This document shows, piece by piece, positions 22,343 to 31,571 of a stretch of 64,000 bases of DNA (positions are counted from its first letter, which is position 1; every line of letters starts with the position of its first letter). A program made the position numbers and the translations under genes. The DNA lies in assembly GCA_027592325.1 (NCBI GenBank), contig JAQCKO010000004.1:192-64191 (forward strand), given 5' to 3'. This DNA comes from a bacterium. Lineage in GTDB: Bacteria > Patescibacteriota > Patescibacteriia > UBA9934. The notes under the pieces are model-generated. The model worked only from the letters and a program-made list of their open reading frames with translations, did no database searches and was not told the DNA's origin.

Positions 22343-24520
22343 CTATGCGTCGTCTTCTTCGACTTCGTCGTCAGTGTCTTGATCATCATCAAGACTTTCC
22401 TCCATCTGCGGCTCTGTTTCTTCAGGTGGCCATGCTTTTACAAAAACCTCCCGCGGTTTCGACCCATTCGCCGCACCAATGAGTCCGGCTTCTTCCATTA
22501 AGTCAATAATACGTGCTGCACGTGAGTACCCGATACGCAAACGCCGTTGCAAAAATGATGTCGAAACGCGCTTGGCTCGTACAGCGACTTCCATGGCTTC
22601 ATCGAACATATCGTCCCCTTCTTCCCCATCGAATGAGGTACCACCGGTGCGTGAAGATTCCGTTATTTGATAATTATAGTCTGGTTCACCTTCTGCTTTT
22701 AAAAAGTCAATGATCTTTTTAATTTCATCATCTGAAATATACGCACCTTGCACGCGTCGAGGCTTCGACAGCTGCGGACCCGCCATGAGCATATCTCCGC
22801 GCCCGAGCAATTTTTCCGCACCCGAGATATCAAGAATCGTCTTCGAATCGACCTGCGATGCAACAGAAAAAGCCAGACGTGTTGGAATGTTCGCTTTAAT
22901 CGTTCCCGTAATGACATCAACCGATGGTCGCTGCGTCGCAAGTATAAGGTGAATCCCTGCTGCACGGGCCATTTGGGCAATACGTACGATCACAGCTTCA
23001 ACATCACGCTTATTCTGACTCATTAAATCGGCAAGCTCGTCAATGACGATGACGATTTTTGGCATGCGGTCTTCGAATTTTTCATTATACGAATCAATGT
23101 CACGAACACCTGCCTTCGCAAGATGATCAAGACGACGTTCCATTTCGCGTACCCCCCACTTGAGCGCGTTAATCGCTTCTTCTACTTTTGTAATCGGCGG
23201 GATGAGAAGATGTGGAATGCCTGCATACACACCAAGCTCAACACGCTTTGGATCAACCATGATGAACTTTAGGTCATCTGGTCCGTTCTGATACAGCAGT
23301 GCACAAATAATGATATTCAAACAGACGGACTTTCCTGAACCCGTCGCACCCGCAACAAGCATATGCGGTGCCTTGTCAACAAATACTGCCTGTGCAGATC
23401 CTGTGACGTCCTTTCCGAGCGGCGCCATATAATTTGATGCTCTGCGTTTGAACAACTTGGACTCAAGAAGTTCGCGGAGTGTCACCGATCCAATCGATTG
23501 ATTTGGCACCTCAATCCCAACGAGCGATCTTCCTGGAATTGGCGCTTCAATACGAATTGGATGCGCAGCAAGCGCAAGAGCAAGGTCATTTTGTAGCGCC
23601 ACAATGCGTGAAAGCTTAATCCCCTGCGCCGGCTTTAGCGCATATTGCGTCACCGAAGGCCCGATGCGTACTTCACGCACGTCTACGTTAATACCAAAAT
23701 TCTCAAATGTACTTTGAATAATCTCAGTCGATTTTTCAATGTCACCAGGCTTTGCTTCCGAGGTCTTATTGTTGAGAATATCAACAGGAATCGACATCTC
23801 ACGCCGCATCTTGCTTGTCATCACCTTTTCCCCCTTGCGAATAATAGGAGCTGCACGTCCATGCTCGATGTCTTCATCGTCCTCCTCTTCTTCATCTATT
23901 TCCGCTTCCCGATCTTCTTCGTATTCATCTTCGGTCTCTTCTTCAAAAATGGTTTCATCCTCATCTTCGGCCTCTTCATCATTTTCCCCATCATACACAC
24001 GCGTGTTCTTTTTCTCCACCGAGAAAAGGGTGGCAATCGAGGTCTCAAATGTCACAAGTGCCGCGATAGCAAATACTGCTATCCCTACAATAAGCGCACC
24101 AGAAAAACCAAGCGCGTTTCCAAGAGCGCTCGATATCAGAAGCCCAATCGCTCCTCCAGCAAGAGATGCATCTCCTGAAGATGCATCAACACCAAACGCA
24201 AGGAGATTCACGATGCCGTTAAACGATAGGAGAAAGAGTAGAATCCCAACTCCCTGTATGGGACGAATAAGTGCCCTCTCAGGAAACGCTGTATCCCAAG
24301 CAAAAATTCCAAGAAATATGGCTGCTAGCCAGCGATCAAATCCGAAGAGATCCGCAAAGATCTTATTCACGAAAATGCCAACCGAACCAGCCGCACCAAG
24401 AAATGAAAAGAAGAGAAGCAGTGCAGCAGCGAGCAGCACAATAACGACAATCGCTCGCCGAAGTCCTTCGGAAAGCTCAATGCCAGACGAGCGCGAACGC
24501 TTAGATCGTTTTCGAGCCAT
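22343..24520 (-). CDS. ftsK: DNA translocase FtsK/SpoIIIE
   Basis: N-terminal TM helices, acidic linker, ATPase domain with LVAGATGSGKSV Walker A and a C-terminal gamma domain. Confidence 0.9.
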   Translation of the reverse strand: MARKRSKRSRSSGIELSEGLRRAIVVIVLLAAALLLFFSFLGAAGSVGIFVNKIFADLFGFDRWLAAIFLGIFAWDTAFPERALIRPIQGVGILLFLLSFNGIVNLLAFGVDASSGDASLAGGAIGLLISSALGNALGFSGALIVGIAVFAIAALVTFETSIATLFSVEKKNTRVYDGENDEEAEDEDETIFEEETEDEYEEDREAEIDEEEEDDEDIEHGRAAPIIRKGEKVMTSKMRREMSIPVDILNNKTSEAKPGDIEKSTEIIQSTFENFGINVDVREVRIGPSVTQYALKPAQGIKLSRIVALQNDLALALAAHPIRIEAPIPGRSLVGIEVPNQSIGSVTLRELLESKLFKRRASNYMAPLGKDVTGSAQAVFVDKAPHMLVAGATGSGKSVCLNIIICALLYQNGPDDLKFIMVDPKRVELGVYAGIPHLLIPPITKVEEAINALKWGVREMERRLDHLAKAGVRDIDSYNEKFEDRMPKIVIVIDELADLMSQNKRDVEAVIVRIAQMARAAGIHLILATQRPSVDVITGTIKANIPTRLAFSVASQVDSKTILDISGAEKLLGRGDMLMAGPQLSKPRRVQGAYISDDEIKKIIDFLKAEGEPDYNYQITESSRTGGTSFDGEEGDDMFDEAMEVAVRAKRVSTSFLQRRLRIGYSRAARIIDLMEEAGLIGAANGSKPREVFVKAWPPEETEPQMEESLDDDQDTDDEVEEDDA

Positions 24521-24561
24521 AATGGCAGTATTGTATCAAAAGAAGGCCCGAAGGCCTACTG

Positions 24562-25128
24562 TTATTTCTTGACGCGTTCAACGTAGTCCCCAGCTTCGGT
24601 ATTGATGTTCACTACGTCGCCTTGGTTGATGAAGATTGGCACGCGGACTTTTAGTCCATTGTCGCAAACGGCATCCTTTTGCACATTTCCTGAGGCAGTA
24701 TCGCCCTTGACCGCCGGCTGCGTTTCGGTAACTTCATAGCTAATCTTGAGTGGAAGTTCGAGCGCAATGGCTTTATCACCATGCATCACCAGTGTTACTT
24801 CAAGGCCTTCTTTCAAATATTTCTGATCATCTCCTGCAATATCGGCTCCGAGTACGACTTGTTCGTACGTTTTTCCGTCCATGAAGGTGAGCGTGTCCGT
24901 ATCGCCAAAAATATATTGCATCTTGCGATACTGAACATCTTCAAATGTAAGATTTTCTGATGATTTGAAATTATTTTCTTGAACCTTCCCGGTTGAAAGT
25001 GATTTCATTTTTGTGCGTACGAATGAGCTTCCCTTTCCAGGGGAAACGCGCTGAAAACCGGTGACAACATATAGCTGCCCCCCATAATTGATAACCGTTC
25101 CTTTTTTGATGTCATTTGGTGAAGGCAT
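24562..25128 (-). CDS. efp: elongation factor P
   Basis: MPSPNDIKKGTVINYGGQLYVVTGFQRVSPGKGSSFVRTKMKSL... includes the conserved PGKG lysine loop; ORF-track ORF extended 19 codons upstream. Confidence 0.9.
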   Translation of the reverse strand: MPSPNDIKKGTVINYGGQLYVVTGFQRVSPGKGSSFVRTKMKSLSTGKVQENNFKSSENLTFEDVQYRKMQYIFGDTDTLTFMDGKTYEQVVLGADIAGDDQKYLKEGLEVTLVMHGDKAIALELPLKISYEVTETQPAVKGDTASGNVQKDAVCDNGLKVRVPIFINQGDVVNINTEAGDYVERVKK

Positions 25129-25135
25129 AGCGTAT

Positions 25136-25978
25136 TTAATTTTCAAATAGATTGGGGAATAGCAAAATATTCCGAATGTCCCCAATACCGTACCTCTGCA
25201 TAATTAACCGGTCAACCCCGAGGGCATTGCCGTAGATAGGTTTTTCGATCGCGTCGATTGCCTCTAAATACGCTTCATCGATAGGATATACAGGTTTACC
25301 CCGCTGCCGGCGTTCTTCGGCTTCAGACTGAAAACGGGCGCGCTGTTCTTTGCTGTCGAGCAGCTCGGAAAAGCCATTGCACAGCTCAATACCATTTACG
25401 AATGCTTCAAATCGTTCGCCAGTTCGTCCATCTGCCGACGCTTTTGCAAGGCTAGCTTCTTCAATCGGATAATCGTAGATAAAACAGGCTTCATGGTCAT
25501 GAACAATGGTTAGATCTCCAGCTGCATCGACCTTGGCGTTGATGTGTTCGATGTGTTGCCAGTCAAGGTTACGATCGAGAACCGTGTCAATGAGTTCAGC
25601 CGTTTCTTGCATACAGTCGCGATAATCACCCGGCGCATACCACTCAAGCATGGTGAATTCGGGTAGATGAAGGCCCTTGGCATGCTCATCATTCCGGAAG
25701 ACCGGCCCGACGGTGTAAATTTTTTCCAGTCCGGCCGCGACGAGTTTTTTCATCGCATACTCTGGCGAGGTGCGCAGACCGAGCTTCTCGATTCGATGTG
25801 GTGAGACCGTCCGCAGCTCGGTTTCAAACGGCGATAAATTTGGCTCCATGCCAGGAGAGCGAAGCAAAATAGGCGTATCAACATACAAAAATCCCCGATC
25901 CATAAAAAATCGGTGAATGGTATCAGTAACGGTATTCCGCATGTGCAGGCGGTGGAGGATGTCGGCTTTTGCGAGCAT
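25136..25978 (-). CDS. epmA: EF-P lysine ligase (truncated class II lysyl-tRNA synthetase paralogue, EpmA/PoxA-like)
   Basis: Class II aaRS motifs (FRNDEHAKGLHLPEFTMLEWY; GIELCNGFSEL) without an anticodon-binding domain; directly upstream of efp. Confidence 0.7.
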   Translation of the reverse strand: MLAKADILHRLHMRNTVTDTIHRFFMDRGFLYVDTPILLRSPGMEPNLSPFETELRTVSPHRIEKLGLRTSPEYAMKKLVAAGLEKIYTVGPVFRNDEHAKGLHLPEFTMLEWYAPGDYRDCMQETAELIDTVLDRNLDWQHIEHINAKVDAAGDLTIVHDHEACFIYDYPIEEASLAKASADGRTGERFEAFVNGIELCNGFSELLDSKEQRARFQSEAEERRQRGKPVYPIDEAYLEAIDAIEKPIYGNALGVDRLIMQRYGIGDIRNILLFPNLFEN

Positions 25979-26070
25979 ATGCTACACCCTACCCTCACGG
26001 ACAAGCATTGACAACTCATTCCTAACGGTATAATCTCACTTCTTCGCTACATTGCGAAGTGGGAGAATAG

Positions 26071-26433
26071 ATGTCTCAAACCCGGATTGCTCGGCTCCAA
26101 ACGCGTGAGTCCATCATTGCGCAGCTGGATGCGACATTCGAAAGACTTCAGCCAAAGGGAGATGGTGCCCTGCGCTGGCAGCCCGTCCCGAATGTCGTGA
26201 TCATGCTTCCTCCTGCACTTGCAGATGCGAAGGAGGTGACACTCGATGTCGTGTCAGTCGAGGCACATGCACATGGAGTCGTGATGTACATCATGCGCAT
26301 CACGCACCAAATCGGTGCGGAGCAAGCAACGGTGCGCATCCCGTGGCAGCAACCGGCCCAGGTTCCTCTAAATAGACTAGCTACGGTGATCAAGGAATTC
26401 TTGGATCACCTGCCCACCGTCTCCACAGAGTAG
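26071..26433 (+). CDS. hypothetical protein
   Basis: 120-aa ORF followed by a caatcccccg ... cgggggattg hairpin and T-rich stretch at 26478-26520. Confidence 0.4.
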   Translation: MSQTRIARLQTRESIIAQLDATFERLQPKGDGALRWQPVPNVVIMLPPALADAKEVTLDVVSVEAHAHGVVMYIMRITHQIGAEQATVRIPWQQPAQVPLNRLATVIKEFLDHLPTVSTE

Positions 26434-26599
26434 ACCGTCCCCATGCACCCATCTCGGGCCGCGTGGTCAATCCCCCGAAACTCACTCGAGCGACGGGGGA
26501 TTTGTCTTTGTTGACACGTTGAATCGTACGCCCTGCTCACGCGTTGGAACTGTTGTAGGCGCTGGTTCGAATAGATCTCTCGCTACGCTCCGCCTTCGC

Positions 26600-26745
26600 T
26601 CTTCGAGCTACGGACGAGCAAGCGAGAATTTGTCATTTCCCGCTTGCCCGGCCCGTCCGGCTCCGCCGTGGCTCCGCCGGGAACGAATGTGAGGGATCTT
26701 TTCGTCACGCCTGGCTGCTACCGCTTCGCAGGAATAACGAAAAGC
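26600..26745 (+). repeat. GC-rich intergenic repeat, copy 2 (expanded, with internal ggctccgcc repeats)
   Basis: cgctccgcctt ... gcccggcccgtccggctccgccgtggctccgccggg ... ggctgctaccgcttcgcaggaataac; flanked at 26780-26870 by an inverted repeat actagtccggc ... gccggactaat. Confidence 0.5.
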
Positions 26746-26901
26746 GTGATTATAAAATTCGTCATGCGTACACAGCTTCATGCTACTAGTCCGGCTATCG
26801 TTTTACTCAGCCAGATCTGGCACTAATCGTAGATAAGCTGCCGGACTAATGGCTAAACGATAAAACAAAAATAGGCCCGTGGAGGCCCATTTTTGGTTGA
26901 G

Positions 26902-27117
26902 CTACTTCTGTGTATACGGAAGGAGTCCCATGAATCGTGCGCGCTTGATTTCGCGAGCAAGCTGGCGCTGGTGCTTCGCGGTAATCTCGGTCCGTTTTCG
27001 CGACACAATCTTTCCGAATGATGAAACGTAGCGCTTCAAAAGCTCGGTATTCTTGTAGTCAATCACAGCTTCCGTGTGAAGATCGATGCTCGCGTTGAGC
27101 TTCTTTTTCATTTGCAT
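26902..27117 (-). CDS. rpsR: 30S ribosomal protein S18
   Basis: ...[36 protein letters not shown]. Confidence 0.9.
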   Translation of the reverse strand: MQMKKKLNASIDLHTEAVIDYKNTELLKRYVSSFGKIVSRKRTEITAKHQRQLAREIKRARFMGLLPYTQK

Positions 27118-27118
27118 A

Positions 27119-27541
27119 TTAGAATGGGATATCTTCTAGATTAATTTCGTCATCTGCTGGCGGCATGTTTCCACCTCCCATGGAAGATTCTCCCATCGGA
27201 GCATCACCTGAGCGGCTTAGCATGATCATATTTTCAGCGACTATCTCGGTACGATACTTCTTTTGTCCATCTTGTCCTTCCCAGTCCCGGGTTTGAAGCC
27301 GTCCGTCAATATAGACCTTTTTTCCCTTCTGTAGGTATTGCCCGCAAATATCTGCAAGTTTTCCCCATGCAACAATATTGTGATACTCAACCTGCTCCTG
27401 CTTTTCCCCCTGTTGATTTTTCCATGTGCGATTTGTCGCAATGCCGAATGAACAGACATTTTGTCCATTCGTGGTTTGACGTATTTCAGGATCGCGTGTG
27501 AGATTTCCAATGATCGTTGCCTTATTAAGAGAACCAGCCAT
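27119..27541 (-). CDS. ssb: single-stranded DNA-binding protein
   Basis: OB-fold N-terminus, Gly/Met-rich linker and C-terminal acidic tip ...[11 protein letters not shown]. Confidence 0.9.
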   Translation of the reverse strand: MAGSLNKATIIGNLTRDPEIRQTTNGQNVCSFGIATNRTWKNQQGEKQEQVEYHNIVAWGKLADICGQYLQKGKKVYIDGRLQTRDWEGQDGQKKYRTEIVAENMIMLSRSGDAPMGESSMGGGNMPPADDEINLEDIPF

Positions 27542-27570
27542 AGTGTTTGATTACGTATTTCTCCTTAAGA

Positions 27571-28050
27571 TTATACGTTATCGACTTCGCCATCAAGCAC
27601 TTCATCGATTTTCTTGTCGATTTCTTCTTCAGAAAGTGCTTCCGCCTTCGGTGTAGGTGCCACTTCTGGTACATCAGACGTGGCGATCTTCATTTTAGAC
27701 GCACGTTTTCCTTCTGCTGTGATTGGCGATTGATACTGGGTCATTTTCCATGTAAACGTCGGGATTCCTCCTTCGCGCTTCACAATCAAGTGACGAAGCA
27801 CTTCGTCAGCAAGACGAAGCTCTAGATCGATTTTGGCAACAGCTTCTCCTGCAATTTCGGCATAAAGAAGCACATATGTTCCGTGCGTATTCTTTTTGAT
27901 CGTATACGCGAACTTCATGCGGCCAAGATTTTCGGCCTTTTCTACTTTCCCGCCGTGCTTTTCAATGTAGCCTTGCACAGCTTGCATTACTCCTTCTACC
28001 TCGGTTTCCGAGTATCGAGCAGGAACAATGTACATGATTTCGTAGATCAT
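27571..28050 (-). CDS. rpsF: 30S ribosomal protein S6 (with C-terminal extension)
   Basis: MIYEIMYIVPARYSETEVEGVMQAVQGYIEKHGGKV...; rpsF-ssb-rpsR gene order. Confidence 0.85.
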   Translation of the reverse strand: MIYEIMYIVPARYSETEVEGVMQAVQGYIEKHGGKVEKAENLGRMKFAYTIKKNTHGTYVLLYAEIAGEAVAKIDLELRLADEVLRHLIVKREGGIPTFTWKMTQYQSPITAEGKRASKMKIATSDVPEVAPTPKAEALSEEEIDKKIDEVLDGEVDNV

Positions 28051-28186
28051 AGGTTTTTTACCGGCCTATCAAGATGTTGACAGGCAGCTTTTCAGCTCTG
28101 GTCGGTTAATAATTATAGGCGAATCGTAAGGGAAAAGGTCGATTTTGTCAAGGACAGAACGGCCCTGCAACAGCTATCTGCCCCTC

Positions 28187-29347
28187 CTACACAATAAACC
28201 GCACAATCTCTCGTCCGACGTATTGTCCTTCGCGCCTGTAAAGAAGCGTTTCTGAAAATGGCTTCTCTTTCATGCCAACTTCTTTCATCACTTCTCGAAT
28301 ACGAACAGGAATTGCGAGATCGCGGACATAATGAACAGGCGAGGCAACAATCATCACACCACCTGTTTTCATGGCGTTTTTTACCGATGAAAAACTTTCT
28401 CTATACAGCTCCTCTAGTTCTTGTACTACTGTCCTCACTGCACGCGCATCTTCGCGGCCTTTTCGTGGAGCGCCAAGATAAGGTTCGGTGACAACAATAT
28501 CGATGGTTGCATCTTCCAACATCGCCGTAATATTTCCAGCTTTCGTGTGATGGATCTCGTACGGAATCTCAAGCGCTTCTTCTTCAAGTAACCACCTCAC
28601 GCCGCGCTTTGTATCTTTTACCGCTTTTTCTGAGATATCAGACCCAATGAGCTTCCCCGCCCCAAGCATTGCCGCTTCCGCAAGAACCGTTCCTGACCCA
28701 CAAAACGGATCGAGAATCGTCTTACCCGCAATGTCTTCCCCAGCTAAATTGAGCATGATCCGCGCAAGCTTGGGTGGAAGCATGCCGCGCCTTGCATCGC
28801 GCCCGGGCCGATCCATGTCACGCTTTCGCCATGCGCCGTAGTCTTGAACGGCATGTACTTCACCGATCTGTATGCCTTTTTGATCGACAAAAAGCGCAAT
28901 ATCGCCCCCTTTATCAGGAAGATTGTTCTTCCTCGAAATTACTGATGTCACTTCCCCATCCTTACTTTGAATATACCGAACGGGGAACCCCGCCTGTTTC
29001 AGCGCGCGCTTCACTGAGAGACCAATGTTATCGAGATTTGCGCGTAACTGATCAGCATCTTGTTTTCCGCCAATATCGTAGACGCTAAGACCAAATTGAA
29101 TGCGACCTTCTTGCGAAACAAGCATAGATACCAAAAAGTCCCGCAGCTCACTGTCGGAATACACCTTTCCAATCACTTCCCCAAATTTCTGCATGCCGGC
29201 AAGGCGATATTGCAAATCGTGTAGTCGTCGGTCATCACTTTCAAAAAACATTACCGAATCCACTTGCATGGACGGCGTAATATGCGTCGATTCCGTGAGC
29301 TCAGCCAGCGAAATCGCTTTATTCGATCCTAATATCCCAAATTTCAT
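28187..29347 (-). CDS. class I SAM-dependent RNA methyltransferase with THUMP-like N-terminus (UPF0020/RlmL/Trm11-like)
   Basis: ILDPFCGSGTVLAEAAMLG SAM-binding motif and a TEPYLG variant of the NPPY motif. Confidence 0.55.
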   Translation of the reverse strand: MKFGILGSNKAISLAELTESTHITPSMQVDSVMFFESDDRRLHDLQYRLAGMQKFGEVIGKVYSDSELRDFLVSMLVSQEGRIQFGLSVYDIGGKQDADQLRANLDNIGLSVKRALKQAGFPVRYIQSKDGEVTSVISRKNNLPDKGGDIALFVDQKGIQIGEVHAVQDYGAWRKRDMDRPGRDARRGMLPPKLARIMLNLAGEDIAGKTILDPFCGSGTVLAEAAMLGAGKLIGSDISEKAVKDTKRGVRWLLEEEALEIPYEIHHTKAGNITAMLEDATIDIVVTEPYLGAPRKGREDARAVRTVVQELEELYRESFSSVKNAMKTGGVMIVASPVHYVRDLAIPVRIREVMKEVGMKEKPFSETLLYRREGQYVGREIVRFIV

Positions 29348-29424
29348 AGGTAAATTGTATCATCATTGCATTGACGCATGCTTCTGTTTATGCTATATTC
29401 AGCGGTCATGCAAGAGGAGGAAAC

Positions 29425-30198
29425 ATGGCAATTTGCCGGTTGCGTGTAATTTTCTGCGCATTACTTGCCGCCTTCATCCTCACGGCCTGCTTCGGCGGCG
29501 GTACGGATGAACAACAGCAGGAGGATGTTCGTACCTCGTCGGTAGCGCCGTTCACGGAAGAGATTCTTTCCGTCGTGTCACAGCAGTACCGTATCGATGC
29601 GAAGAGCCACAAGGAATGGGCGCAGCGGTGCATTGAGAAGTGGGAGGTATTCCAGCAGGCTGAGCAGCTTACCGGCTACCCGGCGGCATTTCTTGCCGGC
29701 ATGGCCTCACATGAGTCCATGGGCTGCAAGACCAGTGCGAAGGACTGGGCCGGCGGTCGCGGCGTGATGCAGATCACTTCGCCTCCAACACCTGCGCAGA
29801 AGAAGCGCGTTGCTGCGATGCTCGGCATCAAGGTTAGCAAGCTCGATTGGACGCGCAACGACCTTCACAGCGTCCTCATGGGCGCCGTATTCCTCACGGA
29901 TTACGAGTCAGAACTTGGTTCGCGGCCGCATGGACTCCTTGCCTACAATATGGGTGCAGGAGGTGTGCGGAAACATGCACGCATGACGGGCTGGAAGAGT
30001 GGTGCTCTTCCGAGCCTTCTCACGATCGCACCGCATCTGCGGTACGAACGAAGGATGAAGCCGCGCACCTACGTGTGGCGCGTCCTGACGCATGTTGTCC
30101 TCATCGACCGGCTTAAGAATGGGCTGCAGATCGAGATGAATCGCGGCATCGTCCCCGCCGACATCCCTGGTTGGGATCCGCGTGACGACATTCACTAG
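29425..30198 (+). CDS. lipoprotein lytic transglycosylase (SLT domain) encoded in a GC-rich segment
   Basis: aggagg RBS before ATG 29425; lipobox-like ILTAC; ASHESMGC ... GVMQIT ... AYNMGAGG SLT motifs; about 58% GC. Confidence 0.55.
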   Translation: MAICRLRVIFCALLAAFILTACFGGGTDEQQQEDVRTSSVAPFTEEILSVVSQQYRIDAKSHKEWAQRCIEKWEVFQQAEQLTGYPAAFLAGMASHESMGCKTSAKDWAGGRGVMQITSPPTPAQKKRVAAMLGIKVSKLDWTRNDLHSVLMGAVFLTDYESELGSRPHGLLAYNMGAGGVRKHARMTGWKSGALPSLLTIAPHLRYERRMKPRTYVWRVLTHVVLIDRLKNGLQIEMNRGIVPADIPGWDPRDDIH

Positions 30199-30295
30199 CC
30201 CGTCCTCAACTTTGAGGGCGGGTTTTTGTCTTCTATAAATACACGAATAGATCCGTCGACTTCGGCCCAAGCTTCCTCTCGGGATAACAGGGTAC

Positions 30296-30320
30296 GCTAG
30301 ATTCCTGCTTTCGCAGGAAT
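30296..30320 (+). repeat. intergenic repeat core, copy 3 (attcctgc-tttc-gcaggaat hairpin)
   Basis: gattcctgctttcgcaggaatgacg shares the CGCAGGAATGAC core with 12826-12842 and 26716-26735. Confidence 0.45.
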
Positions 30321-30455
30321 GACGACATCAATTTTATGGAAGTGCTCAGATGCCTGAGATGGTGGTGCCGTTTGAGAACCGAAGTGAAGCGTACTTCCTG
30401 ATACATTGAACGAGGACCGGTGAACGAAGCCGCCAGATTAGGTGAGCTGTGCAGC

Positions 30456-31532
30456 CTAATTAGCAAACCGGAACAAACACACATCTCCATCTTGCATCAC
30501 ATACTCCTTCCCCTCTACGCGCGCTTTTCCAGCATCGCGAGCGCCCGTCCAACCACCAAGCGCAACAAAGTCGGCATATGAAACCGTTTCTGAACGAATA
30601 AATCCTTCTTCAAAATCGGTATGAATGACTCCAGCTGCTTGCGGTGCTTTCATCCCTTCTGAAATCGTCCACGCACGCGTTTCTTTTTCCCCACTGGTGA
30701 AATACGTCATCAGTCCGAGCTTTTTATAGGCTGCTTTAATCACCCTATCGAGTCCCGATTCCGTAAGTCCGTATTCCTCCATAAACATGTTTGCATCATC
30801 ACCTTCCAGCGTGGCAATCTCGGCCTCAATTTTCACGCAAACCGGAATCGCGGCGCGGTCTGGTCCGAGCGGGGACTCCCACGCCGAGTTCTTCACATCT
30901 TCCTCACTCACGTTCACAATGTAGAGGATATCTTTCATCGTCAGTAGCGGCATTTCATGCATGGCCTTTTGTTCTTCTGCCGTAAGCGTCGCAACGCTCG
31001 CCATCCTCCCGGCATCAAGTTCGCTTTTGATCTTTCTCAGCGCTTCAAGAAGATGTCCTTCATGCTTTTCGAGTCCCCCACGCGCCTTTCGTTCGAGCGA
31101 TTCAAAACGTTTATCGACGGCAGCAAGGTCGGCAAGCGCGAGTTCGAGCTCAATCACTTCTACATCGCGTACTGGATCAACCGACCCATCAACGTGATGA
31201 ATGTCACTGCTTTCAAATCCGCGCACAACGTGTGCAATCATATCGGTTTCGCGAATATTGGTAAGGAACTTATTTCCAAGCCCTTCCCCTGCATGCGCCC
31301 CTTTTACAAGTCCTGCAATATCAACAAATTCTATAGCTGCGCCAATCATTTTCTGTGCCTTCGAAATCTCGGCAAGAACCTTCAAACGATCGTCAGGAAC
31401 CTCAACAACCCCGACATTTGGTTCAATTGTACAAAAAGGGAAATTTTCACAGTCTACCTGTTTTTTTGTGAGCGCAGAAAAAAGCGTTGATTTTCCAACA
31501 TTAGGGAGCCCGACAATTCCAACTTTTAGCAT
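30456..31532 (-). CDS. ychF: ribosome-binding ATPase YchF
   Basis: MLKVGIVGLPNVGKSTLFSALT G1 motif, TGS C-terminal domain. Confidence 0.9.
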   Translation of the reverse strand: MLKVGIVGLPNVGKSTLFSALTKKQVDCENFPFCTIEPNVGVVEVPDDRLKVLAEISKAQKMIGAAIEFVDIAGLVKGAHAGEGLGNKFLTNIRETDMIAHVVRGFESSDIHHVDGSVDPVRDVEVIELELALADLAAVDKRFESLERKARGGLEKHEGHLLEALRKIKSELDAGRMASVATLTAEEQKAMHEMPLLTMKDILYIVNVSEEDVKNSAWESPLGPDRAAIPVCVKIEAEIATLEGDDANMFMEEYGLTESGLDRVIKAAYKKLGLMTYFTSGEKETRAWTISEGMKAPQAAGVIHTDFEEGFIRSETVSYADFVALGGWTGARDAGKARVEGKEYVMQDGDVCLFRFAN

Positions 31533-31571
31533 ATGACGGGAAGATACCCGAAAACGCATCATTTGAACAGA

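Noticed and set aside
23739-24572. 277-aa Ser-rich plus-strand ORF and 177-aa ORF antisense to ftsK
   Set aside because: Poly-Ser low-complexity mirror image of the acidic FtsK linker. Antisense frame artefact.
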